This document shows, in pieces, positions 43,818 to 51,634 of a stretch of 52,227 bases of DNA (position 1 is its first letter; every line of letters begins with the position of its first letter). The notes beneath the pieces were generated by a model. That model was given only the letters and a program-made list of their open reading frames with translations. It did not search any database and was not told the DNA's origin. Origin of the DNA: a virus. The stretch lies in the IMG/VR virus record IMGVR_UViG_3300020818_000003; one strand, 5' to 3'. Position numbers and translations under genes: made by a program.

Positions 43818-44070
43818 GAGATTGTTCCTTCACTCGGTCATAATCCCAGCCTTTAACTTGGGTTGGCTCGCCAGCTAATTTATGCGGGAACCGGCGTTTG
43901 AACTTTTGCAGGCCACAGTAAACGAACGAGCCGCCATTTTTGAACAACACTGAGTAGCCACGCCCAACCGGAACAACGTTGATAACATGCACATAGAACT
44001 CCTCCGGGTCGTTCATATTTCCGGCGTACTTGTGGCGAACCATGTCATCATGTTCGTGATATCGGCTCAT
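43810..44070 (-). CDS. Hypothetical protein
   Basis: 86 aa, ATGA overlap upstream. Confidence 0.55.
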   Translation of the reverse strand: MSRYHEHDDMVRHKYAGNMNDPEEFYVHVINVVPVGRGYSVLFKNGGSFVYCGLQKFKRRFPHKLAGEPTQVKGWDYDRVKEQSHD

Positions 44071-44618
44071 CCCTTCCTCCCAGCGCGCAGATTGGCGGCG
44101 AGTGATTCCAGTTCTGAAATGATGAATCCGGTAACCTCTGGATTACAGAAGTTACGCACCGCAGGCTCAACCAGATTGAACATCTTCTCCGCACCAACGG
44201 ACTCAATCTCAGCAATAGCGGCGTCTGTTCTCTCAAATGGGTTTTCAGCGTTAACATCACGGCTTACGTACATATTGATTTCTGATACATAATCCAGAGG
44301 AATGTCAGCGTACATACCATCCTCTGACTCATTGAAATACTCTGTATGGTTATCGCTCACATCGGTAAGCAGCTTGAGCATGGCCGCATTCTCAGCCACG
44401 AGCCCATGCACATACTCAATGACCAGCTTGCTGTGTGCGCCTTCACCAGAGATGCCGAGTGCTGCGGTAACGTTATCTTGCGACAGCTTAAGCTCAAGAT
44501 TTTCACGCAACAGCTCCTGTATTTGTTGCCTGTAATACCCTCCACAATAGTGATGCCCGCTCGTGCCGTGTACCCATGAGAAACCGCAATCACAGTTGCA
44601 TGTTATTACTTCACTCAT
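44067..44618 (-). CDS. Hypothetical protein with an N-terminal Cys/His cluster (Ea22-like region)
   Basis: 183 aa. CNCDCGFSWVHGTSGHHYCGGYY followed by a coiled coil. Confidence 0.55.
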   Translation of the reverse strand: MSEVITCNCDCGFSWVHGTSGHHYCGGYYRQQIQELLRENLELKLSQDNVTAALGISGEGAHSKLVIEYVHGLVAENAAMLKLLTDVSDNHTEYFNESEDGMYADIPLDYVSEINMYVSRDVNAENPFERTDAAIAEIESVGAEKMFNLVEPAVRNFCNPEVTGFIISELESLAANLRAGRKG

Positions 44619-44639
44619 AATGTGTTCCTTGAAAGAGGG

Positions 44640-44915
44640 TTATGCCCGAAGCCGTCTGAGCTTCGTTCTTATTGACGAGGGAGTGCGCCCTGTTCGGGCA
44701 GCGGCTTCTTTCTGTGGGAGCGTCAGGACTATTTCAATTTCAGCAGGTGACCAGCGCTTGACCGGCTGGGCTGGTTGAATTCCTAGCTCATAGGCTTTTC
44801 TGAGTACGCTTGCTTCAGTCCGTTGAAGTGATTTTGCAATCTGGGGTAGCGGCATTGTTTTGATGAACTGATGCAGAAACTTCAGTTCGGAAGTAATCCA
44901 GAATTTGTAGGACAT
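44640..44915 (-). CDS. Small HTH DNA-binding protein
   Basis: 91 aa, GGAGG RBS. It contains two SANT/Myb-like repeats (WITSELKFL...; WSPAEIEIV...). Confidence 0.55.
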   Translation of the reverse strand: MSYKFWITSELKFLHQFIKTMPLPQIAKSLQRTEASVLRKAYELGIQPAQPVKRWSPAEIEIVLTLPQKEAAARTGRTPSSIRTKLRRLRA

Positions 44916-44917
44916 AA

Positions 44918-45520
44918 CTACGCCTCCAATTCAGCCTTTCTGATTCCGTACATGTTAGTCAGCTTAAGGAGGTGTTCTGGATGGGAGGAAAGTGCTTTCT
45001 CTCCGCGAGCAAATGCCTCCTGCAACTTGTCTGCATTCATTCCACCGGCTGATTCGGCAAACCAACTAAGCACGGCGTCAGGGTCTAAAATTTTCCCTGT
45101 TTCAGGCTGGCTAACGACAAGCCTTTTCACGCGGTGTTCAGAGCGTTTTCCGCGAGACGTGGTGAGCATGAGAGAGAAATCAGCATCAATATCGCTCATG
45201 GCTTCAATCTTTATCCCACCGACAGCTACGCCGCCAAATTTAACGGCTGAGTCTCCTTTCAGGGTGAGCCACTTGCCAACCCATGAATGACCGTCATTAC
45301 CCCAGCCACCAATAAGAACGCGACGCATAGATTTGGATGGTTTATATGGGCGACCGTCAAATCCTTCTAGGTCTATGCACACTGGTTGTTCGCTACTCCC
45401 TGAGCGAATTCCTTTGATTTTTGCTGTGACATTTGAGGTCTGAACATCCTCAAAATTTAATTGATCTGACTTCGGTATAATCGTCGCCCGAAGGTCAGTG
45501 ATTTTGTCATTGTTGGTCAT
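44918..45520 (-). CDS. Hypothetical protein coupled to the exonuclease (possible ssDNA-binding or annealing partner)
   Basis: 200 aa. TAATG overlap with the exonuclease stop. No recognisable Bet, RecT, Erf or Rad52 signature. Confidence 0.4.
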   Translation of the reverse strand: MTNNDKITDLRATIIPKSDQLNFEDVQTSNVTAKIKGIRSGSSEQPVCIDLEGFDGRPYKPSKSMRRVLIGGWGNDGHSWVGKWLTLKGDSAVKFGGVAVGGIKIEAMSDIDADFSLMLTTSRGKRSEHRVKRLVVSQPETGKILDPDAVLSWFAESAGGMNADKLQEAFARGEKALSSHPEHLLKLTNMYGIRKAELEA

Positions 45521-46338
45521 TAGAAAATTACCTCATCATCAAACTCTTCATCGAACAGGTAGCCCGGCACGTTTATTTCATTGGAAGGCAGCACAATCCC
45601 CTCGGTGCGCATTGATTCGTCTTCCATGCACTGAGCCAGTTTATTCATGGCTTCGAACATCACCTTCCTACCAAGCTCTAATGAGTCCTCGCCGATGTAG
45701 TACATGCAGTTTTTGTACGGTGCATTGTTTTCAATGGCGAAGAACGCGAACTGATTAAGCTCAATGCCGGTAACCAACTTGAGGACGTACAGATAAAACG
45801 CCGCCTGAACATGGTAGTGATACTGGCCGAACGCCTGACTGAAGCCCCGCTGGCTTGCATCCCTGCAACTTTTCAAATCCAGCGGGTAAGGGTGACTATC
45901 TGACCTCCGGTCAAAGCGGCACTTCAAATTCAGGCCGGTGATAGGGCAGGTAGCAAACATCGACACTTCCGAGTGTCCCTTTGCGCTGATGTAATCCATG
46001 AAATCTTCATTAAGGCGAGACGATTCGAACATCCTGTTGACCGTTTCGACTTCACTCCCCACCAGCACACAATCGGAGCCGTATTTAGTTGCAGCGGCCT
46101 TATACTCTGCGCTTCTCCTGTCCGAATCAGGCAACAGGCAGAATTCCTTTTCAAACAATTCAGGCTCCAACAGCGCGGCATGAATCGCCGTTCCTATCTG
46201 CGCCGATTTACTACCCTTAAACGAGTTGAAGTATAAATTTGCTGGGCTGACGCTGATGGCCTTGATGCTCGTTGAACCTATCGCCTCATCCTTGTGATAG
46301 TCCTCGTTCGAGATGTCGTAATAAATTCCTGGCTTCAT
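45520..46338 (-). CDS. PD-(D/E)XK exonuclease (exonuclease VIII / DUF3799-like)
   Basis: [28 protein letters not shown]..., [23 protein letters not shown] and QAAFY are motifs typical of RecE-C-terminal-like phage exonucleases. Confidence 0.7.
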   Translation of the reverse strand: MKPGIYYDISNEDYHKDEAIGSTSIKAISVSPANLYFNSFKGSKSAQIGTAIHAALLEPELFEKEFCLLPDSDRRSAEYKAAATKYGSDCVLVGSEVETVNRMFESSRLNEDFMDYISAKGHSEVSMFATCPITGLNLKCRFDRRSDSHPYPLDLKSCRDASQRGFSQAFGQYHYHVQAAFYLYVLKLVTGIELNQFAFFAIENNAPYKNCMYYIGEDSLELGRKVMFEAMNKLAQCMEDESMRTEGIVLPSNEINVPGYLFDEEFDDEVIF

Positions 46339-46610
46339 GCTGCGCTCTCCATTTTCGATATTCTTCCGTGAGCCTCGTGACTGCTGATTGCATCAATGAA
46401 CTTTGCGTACTCGTCCTGAGCCCATTCATTGTCCAGAGCGTGAATCTGCTGTGCTGTGAGTTTCGATTTGTCGGCAAATTCGAGAGGCGTTTCGGGGTAG
46501 GTTTCTGCAATCTTAATCGTCCTCTGGCGAAGGTTTTCTTTTGCTCGATCATCCGCAGCATCTTCATCTTCACGCTGGTCACGCACATGGTCATAGTCGC
46601 TGCGTCTCAT
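46335..46610 (-). CDS. Hypothetical acidic protein
   Basis: The start at 46610 overlaps the upstream stop (ATGA). 91 aa. The ORF-track start at 46676 lies inside the upstream gene. Confidence 0.55.
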   Translation of the reverse strand: MRRSDYDHVRDQREDEDAADDRAKENLRQRTIKIAETYPETPLEFADKSKLTAQQIHALDNEWAQDEYAKFIDAISSHEAHGRISKMESAA

Positions 46611-46792
46611 GCTGCGTCCTCCCGAGGCTCTGTCACCGTCCATCCGAAAGATTCCAAATACTCTTTCAGCAGGCAAGTATCTATGTGGGGGAGAATTTCT
46701 GATTCATTAGGCTCTTCAACGATGACTATCTGCTGCTTTGAGAGAAAGTCAGATTCGGTTTTTACAGACTTGCAGTGAAATCTGATACTCAT
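46607..46792 (-). CDS. Hypothetical protein
   Basis: 61 aa, with ATGA overlaps on both sides. Confidence 0.55.
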   Translation of the reverse strand: MSIRFHCKSVKTESDFLSKQQIVIVEEPNESEILPHIDTCLLKEYLESFGWTVTEPREDAA

Positions 46793-46896
46793 GATTGCCT
46801 CCGATAAAACAGATTGCGTGCCATCTGGAAAAGCATGTCGTCATGCTTATCTTTGGCTAGGTCAGCCAGCAGCTGAAGTGCGCGTTTGATGTCCAT
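46789..46896 (-). CDS. Small protein (35 aa) in the kil position
   Basis: MDIKRALQLLADLAKDKHDDMLFQMARNLFYRRQS. TAATG overlap with the cIII stop. Function unverified. Confidence 0.4.
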   Translation of the reverse strand: MDIKRALQLLADLAKDKHDDMLFQMARNLFYRRQS

Positions 46897-47033
46897 TACG
46901 GATGCCCTGGCTGATTGAGTATTTCTATGAGCCGTTTCGCAGCGTTCTTCGCGTTACGGCAGATACGGTCGAGAAGTGATTCTGTGTGTTGGGTGACGCC
47001 CACGGTGACGCCACCCGCGAATGCATAGTTCAT
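46896..47033 (-). CDS. cIII: CIII (FtsH/HflB inhibitor) homologue, 45 aa
   Basis: MNYAFAGGVTVGVTQHTESLLDRICRNAKNAAKRLIEILNQPGHP. Compare lambda CIII ...ESLLERITRKLRDGWKRLIDILNQPGVP. GGAG RBS. Confidence 0.75.
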   Translation of the reverse strand: MNYAFAGGVTVGVTQHTESLLDRICRNAKNAAKRLIEILNQPGHP

Positions 47034-47053
47034 CGTGGGTTACTCCGGTTTAA

Positions 47054-48070
47054 TTAGTAGGTGATTGCGATTGCTGAGACTTGGCCTTTGGCAATGGCTT
47101 TAACGCATTGCACAGCACATTCTTCAGTGATGCCGGCAGCGACTAAATCAGCCACAGCCTGTTGATTGATAGTGCGTTTGTGTTCGATGTTTGCAGCCCG
47201 GGCAGCAGCTTCATCAGCGATGCGCTTCTCTTCTGCCAGACGAGCATCTTCTTTCTGTTTAGCTTCGCGCTGGATGCGGTCGGCTTCCTGCTTGGCTTTG
47301 AGTTGCTCAGCTGCGATAGCTTCCTGCTTTTCGCGCTCTGCTTTTGCAGCAGCATCAATTCGGTCTTGCTCGGCTTTTCTATCAGCAGCCTCACGGTCTC
47401 GCTTCTCTTGCTCTGCCTGTGCTTTCAGGTCGGCTTCACGTTTTGCAGATGCTTCACGCTCACGCTGAATCTTTTCGTCAGCTTCACGCTGCGCTTGCTC
47501 AACTGCCTGACGCTTTAACTCTTCTTCGTGAGCAATGCGCTGGCGTTCTGCTTCTGCTTTAGCGTCGGCAACATCTCGGTCATGCTGGGTATTCATCAGC
47601 AACGCCAGTTCGTGATCAGCTTCGAATCGTTCAATGCGTGCTTGGTCAAATGCTTCGTTGTCGGCCAGCGCCTGTTCGTGCCATTCCTGCATCTGTTTTT
47701 CTGCCGCCAGTCGCTCTTGCTCTACTTCCCAGTCGGTAACTGGCTTGCGGATTTGAACAGCTAACTCATCCAGAGCTTCACGAACTTTTCTGCGGCTGGC
47801 ATCAACCAAGGCTGGGCGTTTTTTCATCTCAGCAACAAGGTTCTTACCAGCTTCGTCAATCATCGCTTTCGTGCTGCGCACATCGGCGGCCATGCTGATG
47901 TAAACCTTGCGACCCTTAACCGTATTTAAATCACCAACCACTGATGATGCTTTGGTGCGGATATTTTTAATCATCCCATCGATAAAAGTGTCATCAATGA
48001 AAGCTGCCTCAAGCTCTGCCGGTGCACTCGGCAGACTGGCTAAAGCCACTTCGTTCTTTTCCTCGCTCAC
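47054..48070 (-). CDS. Coiled-coil protein with a long K/A/E/R-rich repeat region
   Basis: GTG start at 48070 with AAGGAG 6 nt upstream. The ATG at 48130 directly abuts a terminator U-tract and has no RBS. The central region AEAERQRIAHEEELKRQAVEQAQREADEKIQREREASAKREADLKAQAEQEK... is low complexity. Confidence 0.6.
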   Translation of the reverse strand: MSEEKNEVALASLPSAPAELEAAFIDDTFIDGMIKNIRTKASSVVGDLNTVKGRKVYISMAADVRSTKAMIDEAGKNLVAEMKKRPALVDASRRKVREALDELAVQIRKPVTDWEVEQERLAAEKQMQEWHEQALADNEAFDQARIERFEADHELALLMNTQHDRDVADAKAEAERQRIAHEEELKRQAVEQAQREADEKIQREREASAKREADLKAQAEQEKRDREAADRKAEQDRIDAAAKAEREKQEAIAAEQLKAKQEADRIQREAKQKEDARLAEEKRIADEAAARAANIEHKRTINQQAVADLVAAGITEECAVQCVKAIAKGQVSAIAITY

Positions 48071-48135
48071 GGCGATCTCCTTGATTGTGTGTTTGCATGA
48101 AGAAACCAGTTCTTGAACTGGCTTTTGCATCCATT

Positions 48136-48161
48136 AAAAAAGCCCTGCGGGGTGACAGGGC
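48136..48161 (-). terminator. Intrinsic terminator inside the leftward early operon
   Basis: Reverse strand reads GCCCTG-TCACCCCG-CAGGGC followed by TTTTTT. Confidence 0.65.
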
Positions 48162-48237
48162 GAATTGGTTCACAGCTTTAGTTGATAAGGGGTGCTTATC
48201 ACGATGCGCACTCAGTGAATGCGCAGCAGGAAGGGAC

Positions 48238-48486
48238 TCACTTGTCGCGGGCTTTGAGCATTGCGTCAGCCAGAAGATAGGCTTGCTCTGCACAGCTACT
48301 ATAGGAAACCCCACCCTCATCAAAGGTATTCGCACCGTTCCATTTATTGACTATTACGGGCGCGAATTTAGCAGCGAAGTAGTCACGCAGCGTCATACCT
48401 TCTCGCTGGTTGCTCCAACTATCCCCATTTCCATCAATCAACACCTCTTGCCATGGGAATGCTGAACCTCCCGTTTCTTTGCTCAT
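48238..48486 (-). CDS. Hypothetical protein
   Basis: 82 aa. GMTLRDYFAAKFA...AYLLADAMLKAR. Confidence 0.6.
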   Translation of the reverse strand: MSKETGGSAFPWQEVLIDGNGDSWSNQREGMTLRDYFAAKFAPVIVNKWNGANTFDEGGVSYSSCAEQAYLLADAMLKARDK

Positions 48487-48656
48487 ACTTCCTCCTCAAC
48501 TTCCTCAATCTCAGGTTTCAAACGATAAGCAGCATATTGCTCATGGTTCATGCGCAACTTATTTCGTGTGCCTATCTCTTTAATGACGTATTCGTACCGG
48601 TTAGCCATCCTAATGACGTCAAAGTACTCACCGGTTAAAGTGTTTGTTAATCGCAT
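48483..48656 (-). CDS. Hypothetical protein (57 aa)
   Basis: MRLTNTLTGEYFDVIRMANRYEYVIKEIGTRNKLRMNHEQYAAYRLKPEIEEVEEEV. GGAG RBS. ATGA overlap downstream. Below the ORF-track cutoff. Confidence 0.5.
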   Translation of the reverse strand: MRLTNTLTGEYFDVIRMANRYEYVIKEIGTRNKLRMNHEQYAAYRLKPEIEEVEEEV

Positions 48657-48717
48657 GGGGATGACTCCGGTGGGGTGTTACGGGCTGGCGTTGCTTAGCA
48701 TGACTCGGTCAGTGGAA

Positions 48718-48876
48718 TTACTCTTCGCCAGCCCAGTTGAGAGCGCAGTCGTATTCAATGGCAACGCGCTCATCATCGAGAGCAGACAGGCCTGCCACAT
48801 CAACGCCGTAGTAAGTTTCGTAGCCTTCTGGAATCTGTTTTGTGACATATGCAATTTGTTCTTCACGTGTTTTCAT
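48718..48876 (-). CDS. Hypothetical protein (52 aa)
   Basis: MKTREEQIAYVTKQIPEGYETYYGVDVAGLSALDDERVAIEYDCALNWAGEE. Replaces the implausible 62-aa ORF-track call 48678..48866. Confidence 0.45.
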   Translation of the reverse strand: MKTREEQIAYVTKQIPEGYETYYGVDVAGLSALDDERVAIEYDCALNWAGEE

Positions 48877-48883
48877 ATCGGTA

Positions 48884-48901
48884 GTCTCAGTTAGTTATGT
48901 G
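48884..48901. repeat. 18-bp direct repeat, copy 1 (contains a three-frame stop cassette on the reverse strand)
   Basis: gtctcagttagttatgtg. The reverse strand reads cacaTAACTAACTGAgac, with stops in all three frames. Confidence 0.9.
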
Positions 48902-49082
48902 GGGGATGCGTATTCGCTCGCCAGCGTTACGGTTCACATGCTGACCCCTTGGTAACGTGCCCGTGGCTCTAATCGCCGCCTAGTGTTTAGGCTCTTCACT
49001 GCCCGTCATCGCCGAAGCTGATAAGCAGGTGCCTGTGAAAGAACTCTCATTCATGCGCACTCGTTAAAATGCGCAGGGTGAG

Positions 49083-49100
49083 GTCTCAGTTAGTTATGTG
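49083..49100. repeat. 18-bp direct repeat, copy 2
   Basis: Identical 18-mer gtctcagttagttatgtg. Both copies have gatgcg nearby. Confidence 0.9.
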
Positions 49101-49114
49101 ATGCGGGGTGGGGG

Positions 49115-49600
49115 TTAGACTGGCAGATTTTCAGGGACTTCAGGTTTTTCAAACTCAGCCCACGCAAGAAGAACTCGCTCAGGTTGTCCGTTAGTCCAGT
49201 TGCTGGTGATTTGAAGCCTTCCGTCATCACCCGTCTTGTATTCGTCTAAATACATCCGACCCTCTTCAGGGTAAGAGCTGTAGTAGCCAGTGAATCCGAT
49301 GAATTCACCATCATCATTCCGCCAGTAATCAAGGTCACCTGGCGTTCCTTCAGGAAAATCACCTTTCTCTTCGAAAAATTCCAATTCCTCAGGAGTGGCT
49401 TCAGCTCGCAAGTAATTAAGCTCAACAACCCGACGAGTTACTTTTTCCTGCGTGACAATGCGCTCAGCTTTGCCGTCAGCACCTAAGCCACCCCATTCGC
49501 CTTTGTATTGGTAAATGTCAATCACACCCCAAATCTTGATATCGTCACCGCGCTTGCCGGCCGGAACTTCTGACGGATTTCTCCAGATTATTTCTTTCAT
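49115..49600 (-). CDS. Acidic hypothetical early protein (161 aa)
   Basis: By my count 34 D/E versus 19 K/R. Aromatic-rich. Third gene of the PL operon. Confidence 0.6.
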   Translation of the reverse strand: MKEIIWRNPSEVPAGKRGDDIKIWGVIDIYQYKGEWGGLGADGKAERIVTQEKVTRRVVELNYLRAEATPEELEFFEEKGDFPEGTPGDLDYWRNDDGEFIGFTGYYSSYPEEGRMYLDEYKTGDDGRLQITSNWTNGQPERVLLAWAEFEKPEVPENLPV

Positions 49601-49637
49601 CTCTCACCCCTTAATAACGTGATATGGATGCTCGTAT

Positions 49638-50183
49638 TTATCGCTGCGATGACCCTGACCATTCGCGAGTCGTATTTGCATACTCGCCGTGATATGTTTT
49701 TGCCGCTTCGCAGTACGCCTCAAACGCCAACTCTTTGGTTTTAAAAAATCCCAAAAAATATTCTTTCCTTTTCACCCAGATCCTCGCTCGCCACAGCCCT
49801 CCAGGGTGGAGGCTTACACCCTTGAGCCCTGACTTATTGTTCTTTTGGGTCGGGCGATTCATCATGTTTTGACTGTGAGTCACTTGCCTTAAATTGCATA
49901 TCCTGTTATCGAGCCTATCACCGTTGATGTGGTCTATTACTTCCGCATAAATACCATGCTCAATGAGAAAAATTATTTTATGTGCACGATAGAAAAATCC
50001 ATTTAAATTAATGATTAAGTAACCGTGATTAACGGTGCCAGCTCGCTTCCCTGCATATTTTGTATTCCACGACTTTTTTGCCCTTTCATCGGGGAAGTGA
50101 CCAACAGGCCTTTCATTCCAGAAAAGTTCCCCAGCTTCCTTTGAGTACCTCAGGCATTCCTTTATGTATTGGATAGAAACCAT
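49638..50183 (-). CDS. HNH homing-type endonuclease with a C-terminal AP2 DNA-binding domain
   Basis: IDHINGDRLDNRICNLRQVTHSQNMMN is an HNH motif. GVSLHPGGLWRARIWVKRKEYFLGFFKTKELAFEAYCEAAKTYHGEYA is an AP2 motif. Confidence 0.8.
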   Translation of the reverse strand: MVSIQYIKECLRYSKEAGELFWNERPVGHFPDERAKKSWNTKYAGKRAGTVNHGYLIINLNGFFYRAHKIIFLIEHGIYAEVIDHINGDRLDNRICNLRQVTHSQNMMNRPTQKNNKSGLKGVSLHPGGLWRARIWVKRKEYFLGFFKTKELAFEAYCEAAKTYHGEYANTTREWSGSSQR

Positions 50184-50185
50184 TT

Positions 50186-50446
50186 TTACCTCGCGGTCAA
50201 TGACTCTGGTTTTTTTCGGAATTTAGCGTTGAAAACTGCCACGTCCGGCAAACAGATATTGTCTGCGCTTGCCTGTTCTTTACTGCGCAACGGTAATGAC
50301 ATCGTTGCTTTGTAGACTCTCGCTGAGCAGCCTGAGAGGCTCAGAGCGACGTTCTTTTCTAACCTAATGTCCTTGCTTGCCTCCGCTGCTTTCGCTGCGT
50401 TGTGAGCAGTCATGCGCCGTGCGTTATACCTTTGCTTTGAGTTCAT
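50186..50446 (-). CDS. N: N-type transcription antiterminator
   Basis: The first gene downstream of OL/PL and the boxA/boxB nutL. N-terminal Arg-rich motif MNSKQRYNARRMTAHNAAKAAEA. GGAG RBS. Confidence 0.65.
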   Translation of the reverse strand: MNSKQRYNARRMTAHNAAKAAEASKDIRLEKNVALSLSGCSARVYKATMSLPLRSKEQASADNICLPDVAVFNAKFRKKPESLTAR

Positions 50447-50587
50447 CGTGATTCTCCAATCGATTGGCTTTGGTACAGGCGCCGGAACCTATTACATTTC
50501 CGGATTTCAAGTCGCTTCTCAGGTCGCCCCGAGTACTGATGGGGCTAAGCTCCACGACACGCCTGTCCAAAGCCAACTTCGCTTCGG

Positions 50588-50627
50588 TCTCCTGAGTTCA
50601 GGAGAAGTCATATTGTTAAAGAAGCAG
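50588..50627 (-). promoter_or_regulatory. nutL: boxA and boxB
   Basis: Reverse strand: boxA CTGCTTCTTTAACAA (50613..50627) and boxB hairpin TCTCCTGAACTCAGGAGA (50588..50605). It shares the 13-nt core CTGAACTCAGGAG with nutR. Confidence 0.65.
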
Positions 50628-50689
50628 CCTGACATCCTGTCTGGCGTGGCTGATAGTTCCGTCTGCCACATCGATGTTTCGTTTCGATG

Positions 50690-50798
50690 GAATAACTGTA
50701 CAGGCAAAACTGTATTGAGTAAACAGTCAAAACTGTAAAAAGTGGCTGTAAATCTGTATTTGCTTGTTTTTGCATGAATTAAAGTTTTCTCCAGACGT
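50690..50798 (-). promoter_or_regulatory. OL/PL region with CTGTA/TACAG-type operators
   Basis: 19-bp inverted repeat ACTGTATTGAGTAAACAGT (50709..50727) plus further ACTGTA repeats. Exact PL hexamers are not resolved (best guess is reverse-strand TTACAG-N18-TACAGT). Confidence 0.55.
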
Positions 50799-50822
50799 AA
50801 AAAAACCCGCCGGAGCGGGTTT
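50799..50822 (-). terminator. Intrinsic terminator downstream of cI
   Basis: Reverse strand reads AACCCGC-CTCCG-GCGGGTT followed by TTTTTTT. Confidence 0.75.
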
Positions 50823-50844
50823 GATGTTTAGCAATTGGTGATTG

Positions 50845-51525
50845 TTATCTGATAGTTACGCCATACCAGAACACTGCACCGACAACTCTAATCTTATTAC
50901 TGTCTTCACCGAGATAAATTTCGTCAGGGTATTCGTCAGTATTGAACGAGCGAAGGCGAATCCCACCACCTGGCAAACGATACATCATCTTGACACGTGC
51001 CATTCCTTCGTGATCGAGAGCGTATATTTTGCCGTCCTTGATTTCAGTGCTTCCTGTATTGATCGCGACAGTAGCGCCGTCCGGCAATACCGGCTCCATG
51101 CTATTTCCCCACACTGACATGCAGGCAGCCTCTTCAGGCTTCACGCCCAGCTTCTTAAGGCTGCGCAGCGAGAACTTCAGCTTCTTACCATCACAATCTA
51201 GTTCAACCACTCTTCCGTCACCCGCAGCTAGTTGTGCCTCCTTGAAGAAAGGTAGATAGACATCATCGTCTTCATCTTCACTATCTTCTTCCCAGAGTGA
51301 AATCCCTTCAAGCTGCGTGGCATTTGATTCTTGCTGACCGGTCTTCAACCAATGTGCAGAACACTTAAGCGCCTGAGCTAGCTCAAAAATCTTACGAGGG
51401 TTTTTCGTCTCTCCGTTTTCGATACTAGCAATAGATTGCTGCTTAATTCCAACCTTATCGGCAAGTTCTGTTTGTGTGATGCCTAGTACATCGCGCCTTT
51501 CTTTAACCCGATCGGCAAGGCTCAT
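50845..51525 (-). CDS. cI: CI repressor (XRE HTH + S24 LexA-like autopeptidase)
   Basis: MSLADRVKERRDVLGITQTELADKVGIKQQSIASIENGET is the HTH. LAAG is an Ala-Gly cleavage site. GNSMEP is the catalytic Ser motif. AGGAG RBS before the ATG at 51525. Confidence 0.9.
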   Translation of the reverse strand: MSLADRVKERRDVLGITQTELADKVGIKQQSIASIENGETKNPRKIFELAQALKCSAHWLKTGQQESNATQLEGISLWEEDSEDEDDDVYLPFFKEAQLAAGDGRVVELDCDGKKLKFSLRSLKKLGVKPEEAACMSVWGNSMEPVLPDGATVAINTGSTEIKDGKIYALDHEGMARVKMMYRLPGGGIRLRSFNTDEYPDEIYLGEDSNKIRVVGAVFWYGVTIR

Positions 51526-51634
51526 GACCTTCTCCTGATGAATAAATAAACCGACCAAATTCTCACAGCAAATACTGTATTTGACAAACAGGTCTTCCTG
51601 TAGAACAATACAGATAAAACTGTAGGAGAACGGA
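51526..51634. promoter_or_regulatory. OR / PR / PRM region
   Basis: ACTGTATTTGACAAACAGG (51574..51592, near-identical to the OL site) overlaps the TTGACA -35 of PR (51581..51586). A second palindrome CTGTAGAACAATACAG lies at 51598..51613, and a third ACTGTA half-site at about 51619. Confidence 0.65.

Noticed and set aside
47143-47764. Cluster of 70-120-aa ORFs on both strands inside the coiled-coil gene
   Set aside because: They are artefacts of the GC-skewed, repetitive K/A/E/R coding region. Their products are low-complexity Ser/Leu/Cys/Phe strings, and none has an RBS.
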